This document shows positions 1 through 10,375 of a stretch of 64,000 bases of DNA, in pieces. Within the stretch, counting starts at the first letter, position 1. Each line of letters opens with the position of its first letter. A model generated the notes under the pieces. The model was not told where the DNA came from and ran no database searches. It saw only the letters and a list, made by a program, of their open reading frames with translations. This DNA comes from Actinomycetota bacterium (GTDB lineage: Bacteria > Actinomycetota > Actinomycetes > S36-B12), in the NCBI GenBank assembly GCA_030681835.1, contig JAUXRN010000193.1:13506-77505 (forward strand), written 5' to 3'. Made by a program: the position numbers and the translations under genes.

Positions 1-1
1 C

Positions 2-970
2 GAGCTCAGGGACATCCCGGAGCCGGTCGCCGGCCCCGGTCAGGTGCTCGTGCGGGTGCACGCCACATCCGTGCACGCCGACGTCTGGCACGCCGTCCAC
101 GGGATCCCTTATGCCTTCCGCCTGTTCGGGTCGGGTCTGCGTCGCCCGAGGCTGGGAATCCCCGGCACGGACCTCGCGGGTGAGGTGGTCGCTGTCGGCG
201 ACGGTGCGACCCGGTTCAGGCCGGGGGATCGCGTGTACGGCGAGGTCACCCGGGGCGTGAACCTGTGGGCCAACGCCGGTACGTTCGCTGAGTTCGCCGC
301 GGTCGACGAGACCCTGCTCGCGGCGATCCCCGACCACCTGTCGTTTGTGGAGGCGGCGGCCGTCCCGACCGCCGCTCTCATCGCCCTCACGAACCTGCGC
401 GACGAGGGCCGCGTGCAGGCGGGGCAACGGGTGCTGGTGAACGGCGCCGGTGGTTCGGTCGGGGTCTGGGCGGTCCAGCTCGCCACGGCCTTCGGCGCGC
501 ACGTGACGGCCGTCGACGGTCCGGCGAAGCTGGACCTGCTCCGTGACCTCGGCGCCGACGAGGTCGTCGACTACACCCAGCAGGACTTCACGCAGGCGGG
601 CATCCGGTACGACATCGTGTTCGACATCGTGTCGCAGGCGCCGTTCCGGCAGGTGCGTCGCGCTCTCGAACCCGACGGCACGTTCGTACTGATCGGCCAC
701 GACCAGTACGGGCGGTCGCGTCACCGCGTGCTGGGCAGCCTCACCCGGATGCTTCCGCTGCTCGCGATCTCGCCCGTCGTCAAGCAGCTTCCGGGGATCC
801 GGTCGGGACCGCCGCGCGAGGAAAACCTCGCCACCATCACCGATCTGCTGGCGGCCCACCGGATCCGTCCCGTGGTCGATGACCGGACCTTCCCGCTCGA
901 TCAGGCCGTGGCAGCCATGGACCACCTGACGACCGGTGCCGCGAAGGGACGCGTGGTGCTCACGGTGTGA
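2..970 (+). CDS. NAD(P)-dependent MDR-family oxidoreductase (quinone-reductase type), 5' end outside window
   Basis: Frame open from window start; GTDLAGEV, VLVNGAGGSVG Rossmann motif, C-terminal KGRVVL. Confidence 0.85.
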   Translation, partial: ELRDIPEPVAGPGQVLVRVHATSVHADVWHAVHGIPYAFRLFGSGLRRPRLGIPGTDLAGEVVAVGDGATRFRPGDRVYGEVTRGVNLWANAGTFAEFAAVDETLLAAIPDHLSFVEAAAVPTAALIALTNLRDEGRVQAGQRVLVNGAGGSVGVWAVQLATAFGAHVTAVDGPAKLDLLRDLGADEVVDYTQQDFTQAGIRYDIVFDIVSQAPFRQVRRALEPDGTFVLIGHDQYGRSRHRVLGSLTRMLPLLAISPVVKQLPGIRSGPPREENLATITDLLAAHRIRPVVDDRTFPLDQAVAAMDHLTTGAAKGRVVLTV

Positions 971-1841
971 GGGTCAGCAGCGTCGCCTCGGGGGGACAGG
1001 CGAAGCGCACCGGCGCGTAGGGCGAGGTGCCCAGGCCGGCGGACACGTGCAGGGCGGACTCTCGGTGGCTGGACAGGCCCTTGGCCCGCTTGCGGTCGAT
1101 GTCGCAGTTGGTGACGAGGGCGCCCACCCCCGGGAGGCACAACTGCCCACCATGCGTGTGCCCGGCCAGGATGAGGTCGGCGCCGTCATCTGCCATGCCG
1201 TCGAGGACGCGGAGGTACGGGGCATGGGTGACGCCCAGGCACAGGTCGGCCTCTGGCTCGAACGGGCCGGCGACCTCCGCATACCGGTCTCGGCTGATGT
1301 GCGGGTCATCGACCCCGCGGACGTCGACCTCGCGCCCGTCCACCTTCATGGTGGCGCGCGCGTTGCTGAGGTCGAGCCATCCGCTGGTGGTCAGCGCGTC
1401 GACGAGGTCGCCCCACGGCAGCATCTCCCGGCGGCTCGGCTCGAGCTGGGAGGGGCCAGCGAGGTATCGCGCTGGGTTGATCGCCATGGGCGCGTAATAG
1501 TCGTTGCTGCCGAGCACGAACGCGCCCGGCAGGTCGAACAGGGGATCGAGGGCGTCGAGGACGTGCGGCACGGCGTCCACGTGCGACATGAAGTCGCCCG
1601 TCACGATCACGAGGTCGGGACGCAGGTCGCGCAGCGACCCGATCCATGCCTGCTTCTTCGACTGGCCCGGGACTAGGTGCATATCGGAAAGGTGCAGCAG
1701 GCGCAGGTCGGGCTGGCCCGCCGGCAGGACGGCCGCAGTGGCCCTTCGCAGCGTGTAATGCTGCGCCTCCCACCGGGCATACGCCAGTCCGGCGGCACCC
1801 GCGGCAAGGGTGCCGAGCACGGCGGCGGTCGAACGGCGCAT
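960..1841 (-). CDS. Metallophosphoesterase (calcineurin-like)
   Basis: HLSDMH, VTGDF, LGSND, LAGHTHGGQ motifs; likely start ATG 1841 (MRRSTAAVLG). Confidence 0.9.
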   Translation of the reverse strand: MRRSTAAVLGTLAAGAAGLAYARWEAQHYTLRRATAAVLPAGQPDLRLLHLSDMHLVPGQSKKQAWIGSLRDLRPDLVIVTGDFMSHVDAVPHVLDALDPLFDLPGAFVLGSNDYYAPMAINPARYLAGPSQLEPSRREMLPWGDLVDALTTSGWLDLSNARATMKVDGREVDVRGVDDPHISRDRYAEVAGPFEPEADLCLGVTHAPYLRVLDGMADDGADLILAGHTHGGQLCLPGVGALVTNCDIDRKRAKGLSSHRESALHVSAGLGTSPYAPVRFACPPEATLLTLTP

Positions 1842-1877
1842 GCGACCATGGTCGCACGAATGACGAGAGGCGAGTAG

Positions 1878-2342
1878 ATGAGTCCGCTCAAGCAGCAGCT
1901 GCAGGCCGACCTGACCACTGCGATCAAGGCCCGCGACGAGCTCACGTCCGCGACGATCCGCATGGCGCTGACCGCGATCACCAACGAGGAGGTCGCCGGG
2001 AAGGAGCAGCGTGAGCTGAGCGACGACGACGTCCTGACCGTCCTTGGCCGCGAGGCGAAGAAGCGCCGCGAGTCGGCCGAGGCCTATGACGCTGCCGCGC
2101 GCCCCGAGCTGGCCGACCGCGAGCGGGCCGAGCTCGGCGTGCTGGGCAGGTACCTGCCTCAACCGCTGTCCGAGGCCGAGGTGCAGGCCGTGGTCGCTGA
2201 CGCTGTGGCGCAGGTCGCGGCATCGGGCGCGACCGGGGGCCAGGCGATGGGAGCGGTGATGAAGCTGGTCCAGCCGCAGGTCAAGGGCCGGGCCGACGGT
2301 GGCGCCGTGGCCGCGCTGGTCAAGTCCGCGCTGGGGATGTAG
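1878..2342 (+). CDS. GatB/YqeY domain protein
   Basis: KARDE...KKRRESAEAY...MGAVMK...GRADG signature. Confidence 0.92.
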   Translation: MSPLKQQLQADLTTAIKARDELTSATIRMALTAITNEEVAGKEQRELSDDDVLTVLGREAKKRRESAEAYDAAARPELADRERAELGVLGRYLPQPLSEAEVQAVVADAVAQVAASGATGGQAMGAVMKLVQPQVKGRADGGAVAALVKSALGM

Positions 2343-2346
2343 TCGG

Positions 2347-4620
2347 TCAGCCCGACGCCGGGGTGCTCGCCCCGGGATCAACCGGTGCAGGCTCGGGCGG
2401 GGCCGGCTCTGCCGACGGCTCGGCGGGCGGCTCGGTCGGCTCCGAGTTGTCGAAGGTGGGCGGGTCGGCTGGGTCCGCTGGGGCCGGATCGTCGGAGGGC
2501 GGCGGTGGCACGTACACGTAGTCGTTTGGGCCGCTCGTGGACCAGCCGTAGCTGCTGCGGATCTCGAAGTCCTCGGGCTCCGTCCCGATGAGGGCCGCTT
2601 CCATGGCGTCGCGCCAGATCGGCCCGGGGATGGTGCCGCCGAACACCTGGGAGTAGTACGTGCCCTTGATGGTCACGGCCTTCATGGGGTACGCGTACCC
2701 GCCGCGCGGGTCGCCGACCCAGACGGCGGCGGCGAGCTGCGGGGTGTAGCCGGCGAACCAGACGGCGGCCGAGTCGTTCGTCGTCCCGGTCTTGCCGGCA
2801 ACCTGGCGCTTCTCCAGTGCCATGGCCTGGCCGGTGCGACCGGAGATGCCGCCGTTGACCACGCCGTTGAGCATGTAGGTCACGTTGTCGGCGACCTCGC
2901 GCTTGATCACGCGCTTGCAGTCCCCGCTCGGGACCGGAAGAGCGTTGCCGTCCCGGTCGCGGATGTCCAGGATGACGACGGGCTTGCAGTAGATGCCATG
3001 CGCAGCGAACGTGGCGTACGCATTGGCCATCATGAGGGGCGTGACCTCCATGGTGCCGAGGGTGAACGAGGGCACCCGCAGCAGGGGGTCGCCGTTGCCG
3101 AGCGTGACGCCCATCGACTCGGCGATCTCCGCGGGCCGGCACAGCCCCACCCGCTCCTCGATCGTCATGAAGTAGGTGTTCGTCGAGTAGGCCGTCGCCT
3201 GGGCCATGTTCAGCGTGCCGGACGTCGTGGAGTTGCGGACCGTGACCGGCTCGAACTTCTCCCCGGTGGTGCAGTTGGTGAAGCCCTCGAAGGTCTTGGG
3301 GCTGTACGCGGAGACGTATTCGTACGGGCTCACTCCCGCCTCGAAGGCGGCAGCCAGCGTGAAGATCTTGAAGATCGACCCCGCCTGCATGCCGATGGTG
3401 CCGCCCTTGTCGCGGCCCACGTTGTAGTTGTACGTCGTCTTGCCGCGCCCGGACGTGCCCCATTCGCGGTTCTGCGTCATCGCGATGACGTTGCCGGTGC
3501 CCGGCTGCACCATTGAGATCGCGGCAGCGCGACGGCTTGCATCGTTGGTGGGGATATAGCTGGTGACGGTCTCGAACGCCGCCTGCTGGGCCTTGGGGTC
3601 AAGGGTTGTGCGGATCGTGTAGCCACCTCGGCGCAGGAAGGCCTCGCGCTCGTCCGGTGTGGCGCCGAACGCCGCCTCGGACCGGATGGTCTGGACGACG
3701 TAGTCGCAGAAGAACGGGGCATAGGAGGAGGTGCAGCCGTTGGTGGCCAGTGTGGGGTTGAGGACCTGCCCCATGGGCAGCAGCGAAGCGCGGTCGGCCT
3801 CCTGGGGGGTCACGAAGCCGAGGTCGGCCATGCGCTTGATCACGATGTTGCGCCGGGTGGTGCTCAGCTCCGGGTTGCGCAGCGGGTCGTAGGCCGTCGG
3901 GCGCTGGACGATGCCGGCCAGGGTCGCGGCCTCAGGCAGGGTGAGATCGGCCGCGGACTTGGAGAAGTAGCGGCGCGCGGCGGCCTCGACGCCATACGCG
4001 CCTGCGCCGAAGTAGGCGATGTTCAGGTATCGCTCGAGGATCTGCTCCTTGGTGAAGATCTTCTCCAGGCCAAGGGCGTAGCGGATCTCTCGGAGTTTGC
4101 GAGTCGCGCTGTCGCCGCGGGCGGCGTCGAGTTCGTCGGCGCTCGTCGCCTGGTTGACGAGGACGTTCTTGACGTACTGCATCGTCAGCGTCGAGCTGCC
4201 CTGCTCGATCCCGCCGGCATCCACGTTGGACACGATCGAGCGAAGGACGCCGCGCAGGTCGACACCGTTGTGGTCCAGGAAGCGGGAGTCCTCGATAGCC
4301 ACGGTGGCCTGCCGCATCAGCGGGGAGATGCTGGTCAGCGGCACCTCGACCCGGTTCTGGTAGTACAGCGTGGCGAGGACGGAGCCGTCCGAGGCCAGGA
4401 TCAAGGAGCGCTGCGGGAGTGGCGGGGTGCTGAGGTCGTCCGGCAGGCTCTCGAAGCTCTGGACGATGTCGCGCGTCACGGTCCCGAAGGCCCCCACGAA
4501 GGGGGTAAGCATGAGGGCGACGAGAACGCCGGCGAGCACGGCAGCGACAGCCATCCCGGCGATCCGGACCAGGATGGCGATCGGCCCGGGACGATGCCCG
4601 GGGGGCGCACTCATGCTCAT
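2347..4620 (-). CDS. Class A penicillin-binding protein (transglycosylase/transpeptidase, PonA2-like)
   Basis: EDSRF, GSSTLTMQYVKN, RKLRE transglycosylase motifs; SIFK, STN, KTG transpeptidase motifs; Pro-rich tail; divergent from whiB4. Confidence 0.93.
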   Translation of the reverse strand: MSMSAPPGHRPGPIAILVRIAGMAVAAVLAGVLVALMLTPFVGAFGTVTRDIVQSFESLPDDLSTPPLPQRSLILASDGSVLATLYYQNRVEVPLTSISPLMRQATVAIEDSRFLDHNGVDLRGVLRSIVSNVDAGGIEQGSSTLTMQYVKNVLVNQATSADELDAARGDSATRKLREIRYALGLEKIFTKEQILERYLNIAYFGAGAYGVEAAARRYFSKSAADLTLPEAATLAGIVQRPTAYDPLRNPELSTTRRNIVIKRMADLGFVTPQEADRASLLPMGQVLNPTLATNGCTSSYAPFFCDYVVQTIRSEAAFGATPDEREAFLRRGGYTIRTTLDPKAQQAAFETVTSYIPTNDASRRAAAISMVQPGTGNVIAMTQNREWGTSGRGKTTYNYNVGRDKGGTIGMQAGSIFKIFTLAAAFEAGVSPYEYVSAYSPKTFEGFTNCTTGEKFEPVTVRNSTTSGTLNMAQATAYSTNTYFMTIEERVGLCRPAEIAESMGVTLGNGDPLLRVPSFTLGTMEVTPLMMANAYATFAAHGIYCKPVVILDIRDRDGNALPVPSGDCKRVIKREVADNVTYMLNGVVNGGISGRTGQAMALEKRQVAGKTGTTNDSAAVWFAGYTPQLAAAVWVGDPRGGYAYPMKAVTIKGTYYSQVFGGTIPGPIWRDAMEAALIGTEPEDFEIRSSYGWSTSGPNDYVYVPPPPSDDPAPADPADPPTFDNSEPTEPPAEPSAEPAPPEPAPVDPGASTPASG

Positions 4621-4778
4621 CAGACGTTCAGGGTAAGCCGCCGGGTTCCGCGAGAAGGCATCGCGCGCGCCGGAACGGTATATGGCTCGAATGGGCTAGT
4701 TAGTTGTAGCCTTTCTGTCACACACGCCGCAGGCGTAACGTCCGCCGACACATGAGCAGATGAGGGGTGCACATACAC

Positions 4779-5093
4779 ATGTCATTGGACTCCGAATGGG
4801 CCAGCCAGGCCGCCTGTCGAACCACCGACCCGGACTCACTGTTCGTGCAGGGGGCAGCCCAGAACCGAGCCAAGGCCATCTGCGTCGCCTGCACCGTGCG
4901 CACCGAGTGCCTCGCTGATGCGCTGGACAACCGGGTCGAGTTCGGGGTCTGGGGCGGCATGACCGAGCGGGAGCGCCGGGCCCTGCTGCGGCGCCGGCCC
5001 AACGTCACCTCGTGGCAGCACCTCCTGCAGACCGCTCACGACGAGTACGATCGCCAGCGCATCCTGACCGGCACCTCCGAGCGGGCCAGCTAG
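4779..5093 (+). CDS. whiB4: WhiB-family Fe-S transcription factor (WhiB4/WblA)
   Basis: Four Cys, GVWGGMTERERR, DPDSLFVQGAAQNRAKAIC; conserved position between PBP and ArsA pair. Confidence 0.93.
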   Translation: MSLDSEWASQAACRTTDPDSLFVQGAAQNRAKAICVACTVRTECLADALDNRVEFGVWGGMTERERRALLRRRPNVTSWQHLLQTAHDEYDRQRILTGTSERAS

Positions 5094-5101
5094 CCGTCCG
5101 G

Positions 5102-6295
5102 CTACCGGCCCAGCGCCAGCAGGTTCCCGATCTCGCGGAGCCCGTCGAGGTCGTGCACGTCCTCCGCGAGTGCCGGAACGGAACTCACCGCGACCCCCGG
5201 GTGCGCCGCCGTGAACCGATCGGCCAGATGCCGTTGCCGGGCGGCGACGTCGGTTCGCTGGGCATGCAGCGCCAGGAGGGCGGCGGTGAGTCGTTGGCTC
5301 TCGGCCTCGGCCGACGTCGACGCGCCGGCGAGTTCGGTGAGGGTCTGGCTGCCGGCGGCGGCCTGCTGGCCGCTGAGGTCGGGGTCGTCGAGCCTCTGCA
5401 CCCGGTTGAGGACCAGCCCGGCCAGCGGCATGCCGTCGGCGCGCAAGCGCTCGACGAAGTAGGCGGCCTCGCGCAGGGCATCGCGTTCGGGTGCGGCGAT
5501 CACGACGAAGGACGTGCCCGAATCCTTCAGGAGGGCATAGGTCTCGTCGGCACGCTCGCGGAAGCCGCCGAAGGTCGTGTCGATGGCCGCGACGAACGAG
5601 CCGACATCAACGAGCACCTGGGCGCCGAGGATCTTGCTCAGGACGCTGGTGAACAGGCCGAAGCCCATGGCCGCGATGCGCCCGATGCCCTTGCCCGCGC
5701 CGCGCGCCGGCGCCGTGAGGATCCGGATGAAGCGGCCGTCCAGGAAGGAACCAAGACGGGCCGGCGCGTCGAGGAAGTCCAGCGCACTTCGCGACGGGGG
5801 GGTATCGACGATGATGAGGTCCCACGTGCCCTCGGCCTCCGCGCGGACCCGCAACTGCCCGAGCTTCTCCATCGCCATGTACTCCTGCGTGCCGGCGAAC
5901 GACGACGAGAGCGTCTGGTAGAAGGGGTTGGCGAGGATCTGCTGCGCCCGGGCCGGGTCCGCGTGACCCTCCACCACCTCGTCGAAGGTGCGCTTCATGT
6001 CCAGCATCATCGCGAAGAGCGCCCCCGACCCATCGGGTGCGCTGACCCCGGGAACCTGGCGTGGCACGTTGTCGAGCGACGACAGCCCCATGGCCTGCGC
6101 GAGCCGCTTCGCCGGATCGATCGTCAGGACGCACACGTTGCGGCCCTGCTCGGCGGCTCGCAGCGCCAGTGCGGCTGCCGTGGTCGTCTTTCCCACTCCG
6201 CCGGCGCCTGTGCACACGATGACGTGCAGGTCCTCGTCGGCGAGGATGTCGTCGATCTCCAGGCTCGGCGCCTGCGCGAACGTCGTGCGGGTCAC
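5102..6295 (-). CDS. ArsA/Get3-family ATPase (Rv3680-like)
   Basis: GAGGVGKTT, TIDPAKRLA, DTPPS motifs. Confidence 0.9.
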   Translation of the reverse strand: MTRTTFAQAPSLEIDDILADEDLHVIVCTGAGGVGKTTTAAALALRAAEQGRNVCVLTIDPAKRLAQAMGLSSLDNVPRQVPGVSAPDGSGALFAMMLDMKRTFDEVVEGHADPARAQQILANPFYQTLSSSFAGTQEYMAMEKLGQLRVRAEAEGTWDLIIVDTPPSRSALDFLDAPARLGSFLDGRFIRILTAPARGAGKGIGRIAAMGFGLFTSVLSKILGAQVLVDVGSFVAAIDTTFGGFRERADETYALLKDSGTSFVVIAAPERDALREAAYFVERLRADGMPLAGLVLNRVQRLDDPDLSGQQAAAGSQTLTELAGASTSAEAESQRLTAALLALHAQRTDVAARQRHLADRFTAAHPGVAVSSVPALAEDVHDLDGLREIGNLLALGR

Positions 6296-7326
6296 GGCGT
6301 GTCCGCCTCGTTGAGCAGGTCGGCCAGCTCGTAGAGGCCACCGAGGTCGACACCGCCGGGCAGCATTGGCAGCACGAAGGTCGGCAGCCCGAGCGCCTCG
6401 ATCCGCTGCATCTCGCGGCGCTCCAGCGCGACGCGCTGGGCATGGTCGGCGGCCTCGGCGAGGAGCGCGGGAAGGATCTCCGTCTCATGGGCGGCCAGAC
6501 CGCATTGGGCCAGGCTGGCGCGAATCCCTTCCCGCGGCAGCGTGTCGTGCTCGGCCATGAGCAACTGGGCGTCGGTCAGCAGCGGCGGCCGCGTCATGTT
6601 GACGAACACTGCTCCGACCGGCAGGCCGTTGGCTGCCAGCTCGGCGAAGCCGTCGATGGTCTCCTGGACGGGCATCTCCTCGAGCAGGGTCACCAGGTGC
6701 ACGGCCGTCCGGGGCGATGCGATGACGCCCATGACGAGGTCCGCGTGCTTGTGGATGGGCCCGGCCTTGGCCAGCCCGGACACCTCGGAGTTGACGTTGA
6801 GGAACTTGGCGATGCGACCCGTCGGCGGCGCATCGATGACGACCGCGTCGTAGACGTCCGACCCCTTCTTCTCCTTGCGCCGCACGACCTCGACTGCCTT
6901 GCCGGTCAGCAGCACGTCGCGCAGCCCGGGCGCGATCGTCGTGACGAAGTCGATGGCTCCCATGCGCCGCAGGGCCGAACCGGCGCGGCGCATGTTGTAG
7001 AAGGACTCGAGGTAGTCGAGCAGGGCCTCCTGCGGGTCGACGGCCAGCGCCCACACTTCGCCGCCGCCGGGCGCGACGGCGACCTTGCGCTCCTCGTAGG
7101 GCAGGGGCGGGGTGTCGAAGAGCTGGGCGATTCCCTGACGTCCCTCGACCTCGAGCAGCAGGGTGCGCCGGCCGTCCCGGGCGAGTGCCAGGGCAAGGGC
7201 CGCCGCGACGGTGGTCTTGCCGGTACCGCCCTTCCCGGACACCACGTGGAGGTCGACGCCGGCCCACCGACTCGCGGCGGTCACGCCCGCATGGCCGGCC
7301 TGAGCCGGAGCGGGGGAGGGGGCCAC
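6292..7326 (-). CDS. ArsA/Get3-family ATPase (Rv3679-like); start uncertain
   Basis: SGKGGTGKTT, DAPPTGR motifs; 4-nt overlap with partner gene. Confidence 0.88.
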   Translation of the reverse strand: MAPSPAPAQAGHAGVTAASRWAGVDLHVVSGKGGTGKTTVAAALALALARDGRRTLLLEVEGRQGIAQLFDTPPLPYEERKVAVAPGGGEVWALAVDPQEALLDYLESFYNMRRAGSALRRMGAIDFVTTIAPGLRDVLLTGKAVEVVRRKEKKGSDVYDAVVIDAPPTGRIAKFLNVNSEVSGLAKAGPIHKHADLVMGVIASPRTAVHLVTLLEEMPVQETIDGFAELAANGLPVGAVFVNMTRPPLLTDAQLLMAEHDTLPREGIRASLAQCGLAAHETEILPALLAEAADHAQRVALERREMQRIEALGLPTFVLPMLPGGVDLGGLYELADLLNEADTP

Positions 7327-7380
7327 CAGTCGAGCCTAATCCGGCTCGGACCAGGTGGCAGGACGGGCTAGGGTCGGGCC

Positions 7381-7542
7381 ATGACGACATGGGAGTACGT
7401 GACCGTCCCGCTGCTGGTGCATGCCACCAAGCAGATCCTCGACACGTGGGGGCAGGACGGCTGGGAGCTCGTCCAGGTCGTGCCCGGGCCGAACTCGGAC
7501 AACCTGGTCGCCTACCTCAAGCGCCCACGGGACAACGGCTGA
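7381..7542 (+). CDS. DUF4177-family small protein (53 aa, absent from ORF track)
   Basis: Read directly: MTTWEYVTVPLLVHATKQILDTWGQDGWELVQVVPGPNSDNLVAYLKRPRDNG; TAGGGT -10 lies 6 nt before the ATG. Confidence 0.88.
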   Translation: MTTWEYVTVPLLVHATKQILDTWGQDGWELVQVVPGPNSDNLVAYLKRPRDNG

Positions 7543-7543
7543 C

Positions 7544-8005
7544 ATGGCAACGGTCGAGGAGCGGCTGGCCGCCCTGGGGCTGACGGTCCACGAGGTCGTT
7601 CCGCCGGTCGCCGCGTACGTGCCCGCCGTCGTCAGCGGCCACTACGTCTACACGTCCGGCCAGCTGCCCTTCGTCGACGGCAAGCTCGAGGCCACCGGCA
7701 AGGTCGGCGCCGACGTCACGCCCGAGCGGGCCACCGAGCTGGCTGCCATCTGCGCACTCAACGCCATCGCCGCCATCAAGTCGGTCGTCCCGCTGGAGTC
7801 GGTCGTCCGCGTGGTCAAGGTGGTCGGCTTCGTGGCCAGTGCACCGGGCTTCACCGGTCAGCCCGGGGTCGTCAACGGGGCAAGCAACCTTCTGCTGGAG
7901 GCGTTCGGCGAGGCCGGTGCCCACGCCCGGTCCGCCGTCGGCGTGGCCGTCCTGCCGCTGGACGCGCCCGTTGAGGTGGAGCTCATCGTCGAGGTGGCAC
8001 CGTAG
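7544..8005 (+). CDS. RidA/YjgF-family protein
   Basis: [34 protein letters not shown]; start ATG 7544. Confidence 0.92.
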   Translation: MATVEERLAALGLTVHEVVPPVAAYVPAVVSGHYVYTSGQLPFVDGKLEATGKVGADVTPERATELAAICALNAIAAIKSVVPLESVVRVVKVVGFVASAPGFTGQPGVVNGASNLLLEAFGEAGAHARSAVGVAVLPLDAPVEVELIVEVAP

Positions 8006-8758
8006 GTGGCACCTCGTGCGGCAGCGACCGTCATCCTGCTGCGTGACGGGGACGGCGGGATGGAGACCTTCCTGCTGCGCCGGGCAACCACCATGGCCTT
8101 CGCGCCGCGCATGCACGTGTTCCCCGGGGGCCGCGTCGACGCAGCGGACTTCGACGCTCAGGTCGACTTCACGGTGCCCGACAGCGCCGTCGCCGCCCTC
8201 GCCGAACGGGCCAGCACCGATGTCGCGGGATTGCGGGCGCTCTATTCGTGCGCGGTCCGCGAGGTGCTGGAGGAGACCGGGATCACGCTGCCGGCCATCA
8301 CCGGCAGCGGAGGCTTCCTCGTCGACCCGGCCGCCCTACCGGTGGCCGATCACTGGGTCACCCCGGACGTCGAGAGCAAGCGCTACGACGTGAGGTTCTT
8401 CATGGCTGCCGTGCCGCCTGGCCAGGACGCGGACCTGCGGACCACGGAGGCGGAGGCGGCCTTCTGGATCTCGCCGCGCGACGCTCTGGCGGGGAGGCGT
8501 GAAGGCACGGTGGCCATGCTGCCGCCGACCGAGGCGACACTGAAGTACCTGTCCGGATTTGCGACCACGAGCGAGGCGCTGGCAGACGGCGCACGGCGCC
8601 CAGTGGTGCCGCTGCTGCCCAAGCGGATCGTTGACGAGGACGGCACCGTGCGCTGGGCGCTGGTCCATGACCGCACGGGCGAGGTGATCGTCGACGACGT
8701 CCAGGCTCCGCACACGCGTGAGACGGACGGACTGTCCTTCCCCGCGCACCTGCTATGA
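8006..8758 (+). CDS. NUDIX hydrolase
   Basis: VFPGGRVD...AVREVLEETG Nudix box; WVTP...RYDVRFF. Confidence 0.88.
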   Translation: MAPRAAATVILLRDGDGGMETFLLRRATTMAFAPRMHVFPGGRVDAADFDAQVDFTVPDSAVAALAERASTDVAGLRALYSCAVREVLEETGITLPAITGSGGFLVDPAALPVADHWVTPDVESKRYDVRFFMAAVPPGQDADLRTTEAEAAFWISPRDALAGRREGTVAMLPPTEATLKYLSGFATTSEALADGARRPVVPLLPKRIVDEDGTVRWALVHDRTGEVIVDDVQAPHTRETDGLSFPAHLL

Positions 8759-9594
8759 GCGGGCACGTCCTGCCGCTCCAGGGCTCCGTCGACCGTTGGG
8801 CCGGCGGAGAGGTCACGGCGTCGGCGCGGTGCGTCCTCGCGCCCAACCCGTCGCCGTGGACCCTCGACGGCACCAATACCTGGCTGCTCGGCCCGCCCGG
8901 CTCGGGCGCCGTCGTCATCGTCGATCCGGGGCCGGACCACCCCGGCCACCTCGCCTCGGTGCGCGCGACGGCCGAGGAGCGCGGCGGGGTTGCCCTGATC
9001 TTGCTCACGCACGGGCATCATGACCACGCCGAGGGGGCCGGGAGGCTCGCTCGGGAGGTAGGTGCCCCGGTGCGTGCGTGGGATCCGCAGCACCGGCTCG
9101 GCGACGAGGGCCTGGCCGACGGCGACGTCATCGACATGGGTGACTGGCGCATCGACGTCGTCGGAACCCCGGGCCACACCAGCGACAGCGTGTGCCTGGT
9201 GCTCCCGCACGACGGCAGCCTGCTCACCGGCGACACCGTCCTGGGGCGGGGGACATCGCTCGTCGCCTGGCCCGACGGCCATCTTGGCGACTACCTCGCC
9301 AGCCTGCGGAGGCTGCGCGATCGACTCGACAGCGGTGCCCATGACGCGGGCAGCATCGACCGCCTGCTGCCGGGTCACGGCCCCGTCCTGGCGGACCCGA
9401 TGGGCGCTATCGATGCGTACCTGGACCATCGCCTGGCCCGGCTGGCCGAGGTCGCCGATGTCGTGGCCCGGGGGGTCACCGATCCGGCGTCCATCGTGGC
9501 GACCGTGTATGCCGATGTGCCCCGCGAGGTCTGGCCGGCCGCGGAGATGAACGTGCGTGCGCAGCTGGAGTACCTGGGCCTTCAACGGGGCTAG
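8755..9594 (+). CDS. MBL-fold metallo-hydrolase
   Basis: THGHHDH, TPGHT, TGDTVLG, PGHG motifs. Confidence 0.9.
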   Translation: MSGHVLPLQGSVDRWAGGEVTASARCVLAPNPSPWTLDGTNTWLLGPPGSGAVVIVDPGPDHPGHLASVRATAEERGGVALILLTHGHHDHAEGAGRLAREVGAPVRAWDPQHRLGDEGLADGDVIDMGDWRIDVVGTPGHTSDSVCLVLPHDGSLLTGDTVLGRGTSLVAWPDGHLGDYLASLRRLRDRLDSGAHDAGSIDRLLPGHGPVLADPMGAIDAYLDHRLARLAEVADVVARGVTDPASIVATVYADVPREVWPAAEMNVRAQLEYLGLQRG

Positions 9595-9610
9595 CTGCGC
9601 TCACTCCTCG

Positions 9611-10285
9611 CTAGCGGGCTCGGCGGCCCAGTCGCTCGACGTCCAGGATCAGCACCTGCCGGGTCTCCAGCCGGATCCAGCCGCGCTGGGCGAAGTCGGC
9701 GAGCGCCTTGTTGACCGTCTCGCGGGAAGCGCCGACGAGCTGGGCCAGCTCCTCCTGCGTCATGTCATGGGTGACCATGAGCCCCTCGGGCGTGACCGTG
9801 CCGAACTTCTCGCCGAGGTCCATGAGGGCCTTCGCGACCCGGCCCGGGACGTCGGAGAAGACCAGGTCGGCCATGGCCTCGTTCGTGCGGCGCAGCCGCC
9901 GGGCCAGTGCCTGGAGCAGCGCTGCCGCGATCTCGGGCCGTCCCGCCAGCCAAGGGCGGAGCTGCTCGTTGCCGATCCCGAGCACGACCGCATCGGTGAG
10001 GGCCGTGGCCGTGGACGTGCGCAATCCCGGGTCGAACAGGCTCAGTTCGCCGAAGTTCTCGCCGGGCCCGAGTACCCCGAGCAGGGTCTCGCGGCCGTCG
10101 GCCGACGTCTGGCCCAGCTTCACCTTGCCGTCGATGATGATGTACATCCGGTCGCCCGGCTCGCCCTCGTTGAACAGGGCCTCGCCCCGGGGCACCAATG
10201 TCTCGCGCAGCGAGGCTCGCAGGGCCGCCGCGTCCTCGGGATCGAGGGCAGCGAACAGCGGTGCCTGCATGAAGACGTCGTCCAT
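9611..10285 (-). CDS. crp: Crp/Fnr-family regulator (Crp/GlxR)
   Basis: FGELSLFDPGLRTSTA cNMP-binding motif; TQEELAQLVGASRETVNKAL HTH; start ATG 10285. Confidence 0.94.
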   Translation of the reverse strand: MDDVFMQAPLFAALDPEDAAALRASLRETLVPRGEALFNEGEPGDRMYIIIDGKVKLGQTSADGRETLLGVLGPGENFGELSLFDPGLRTSTATALTDAVVLGIGNEQLRPWLAGRPEIAAALLQALARRLRRTNEAMADLVFSDVPGRVAKALMDLGEKFGTVTPEGLMVTHDMTQEELAQLVGASRETVNKALADFAQRGWIRLETRQVLILDVERLGRRAR

Positions 10286-10375
10286 GCTGTGCCCCCTCCC
10301 GAAGTGCCGCAATCCTAGTGGGGTGTCGGTCGCCGGCTCGCCGGGAGCATGGGACGTCCCGCATACAGTTGCCGC

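Noticed and set aside
4707-4722. Crp site upstream of whiB4
   Set aside because: Only the TCACA half-site is present; the left half (TAGCC) does not match TGTGA
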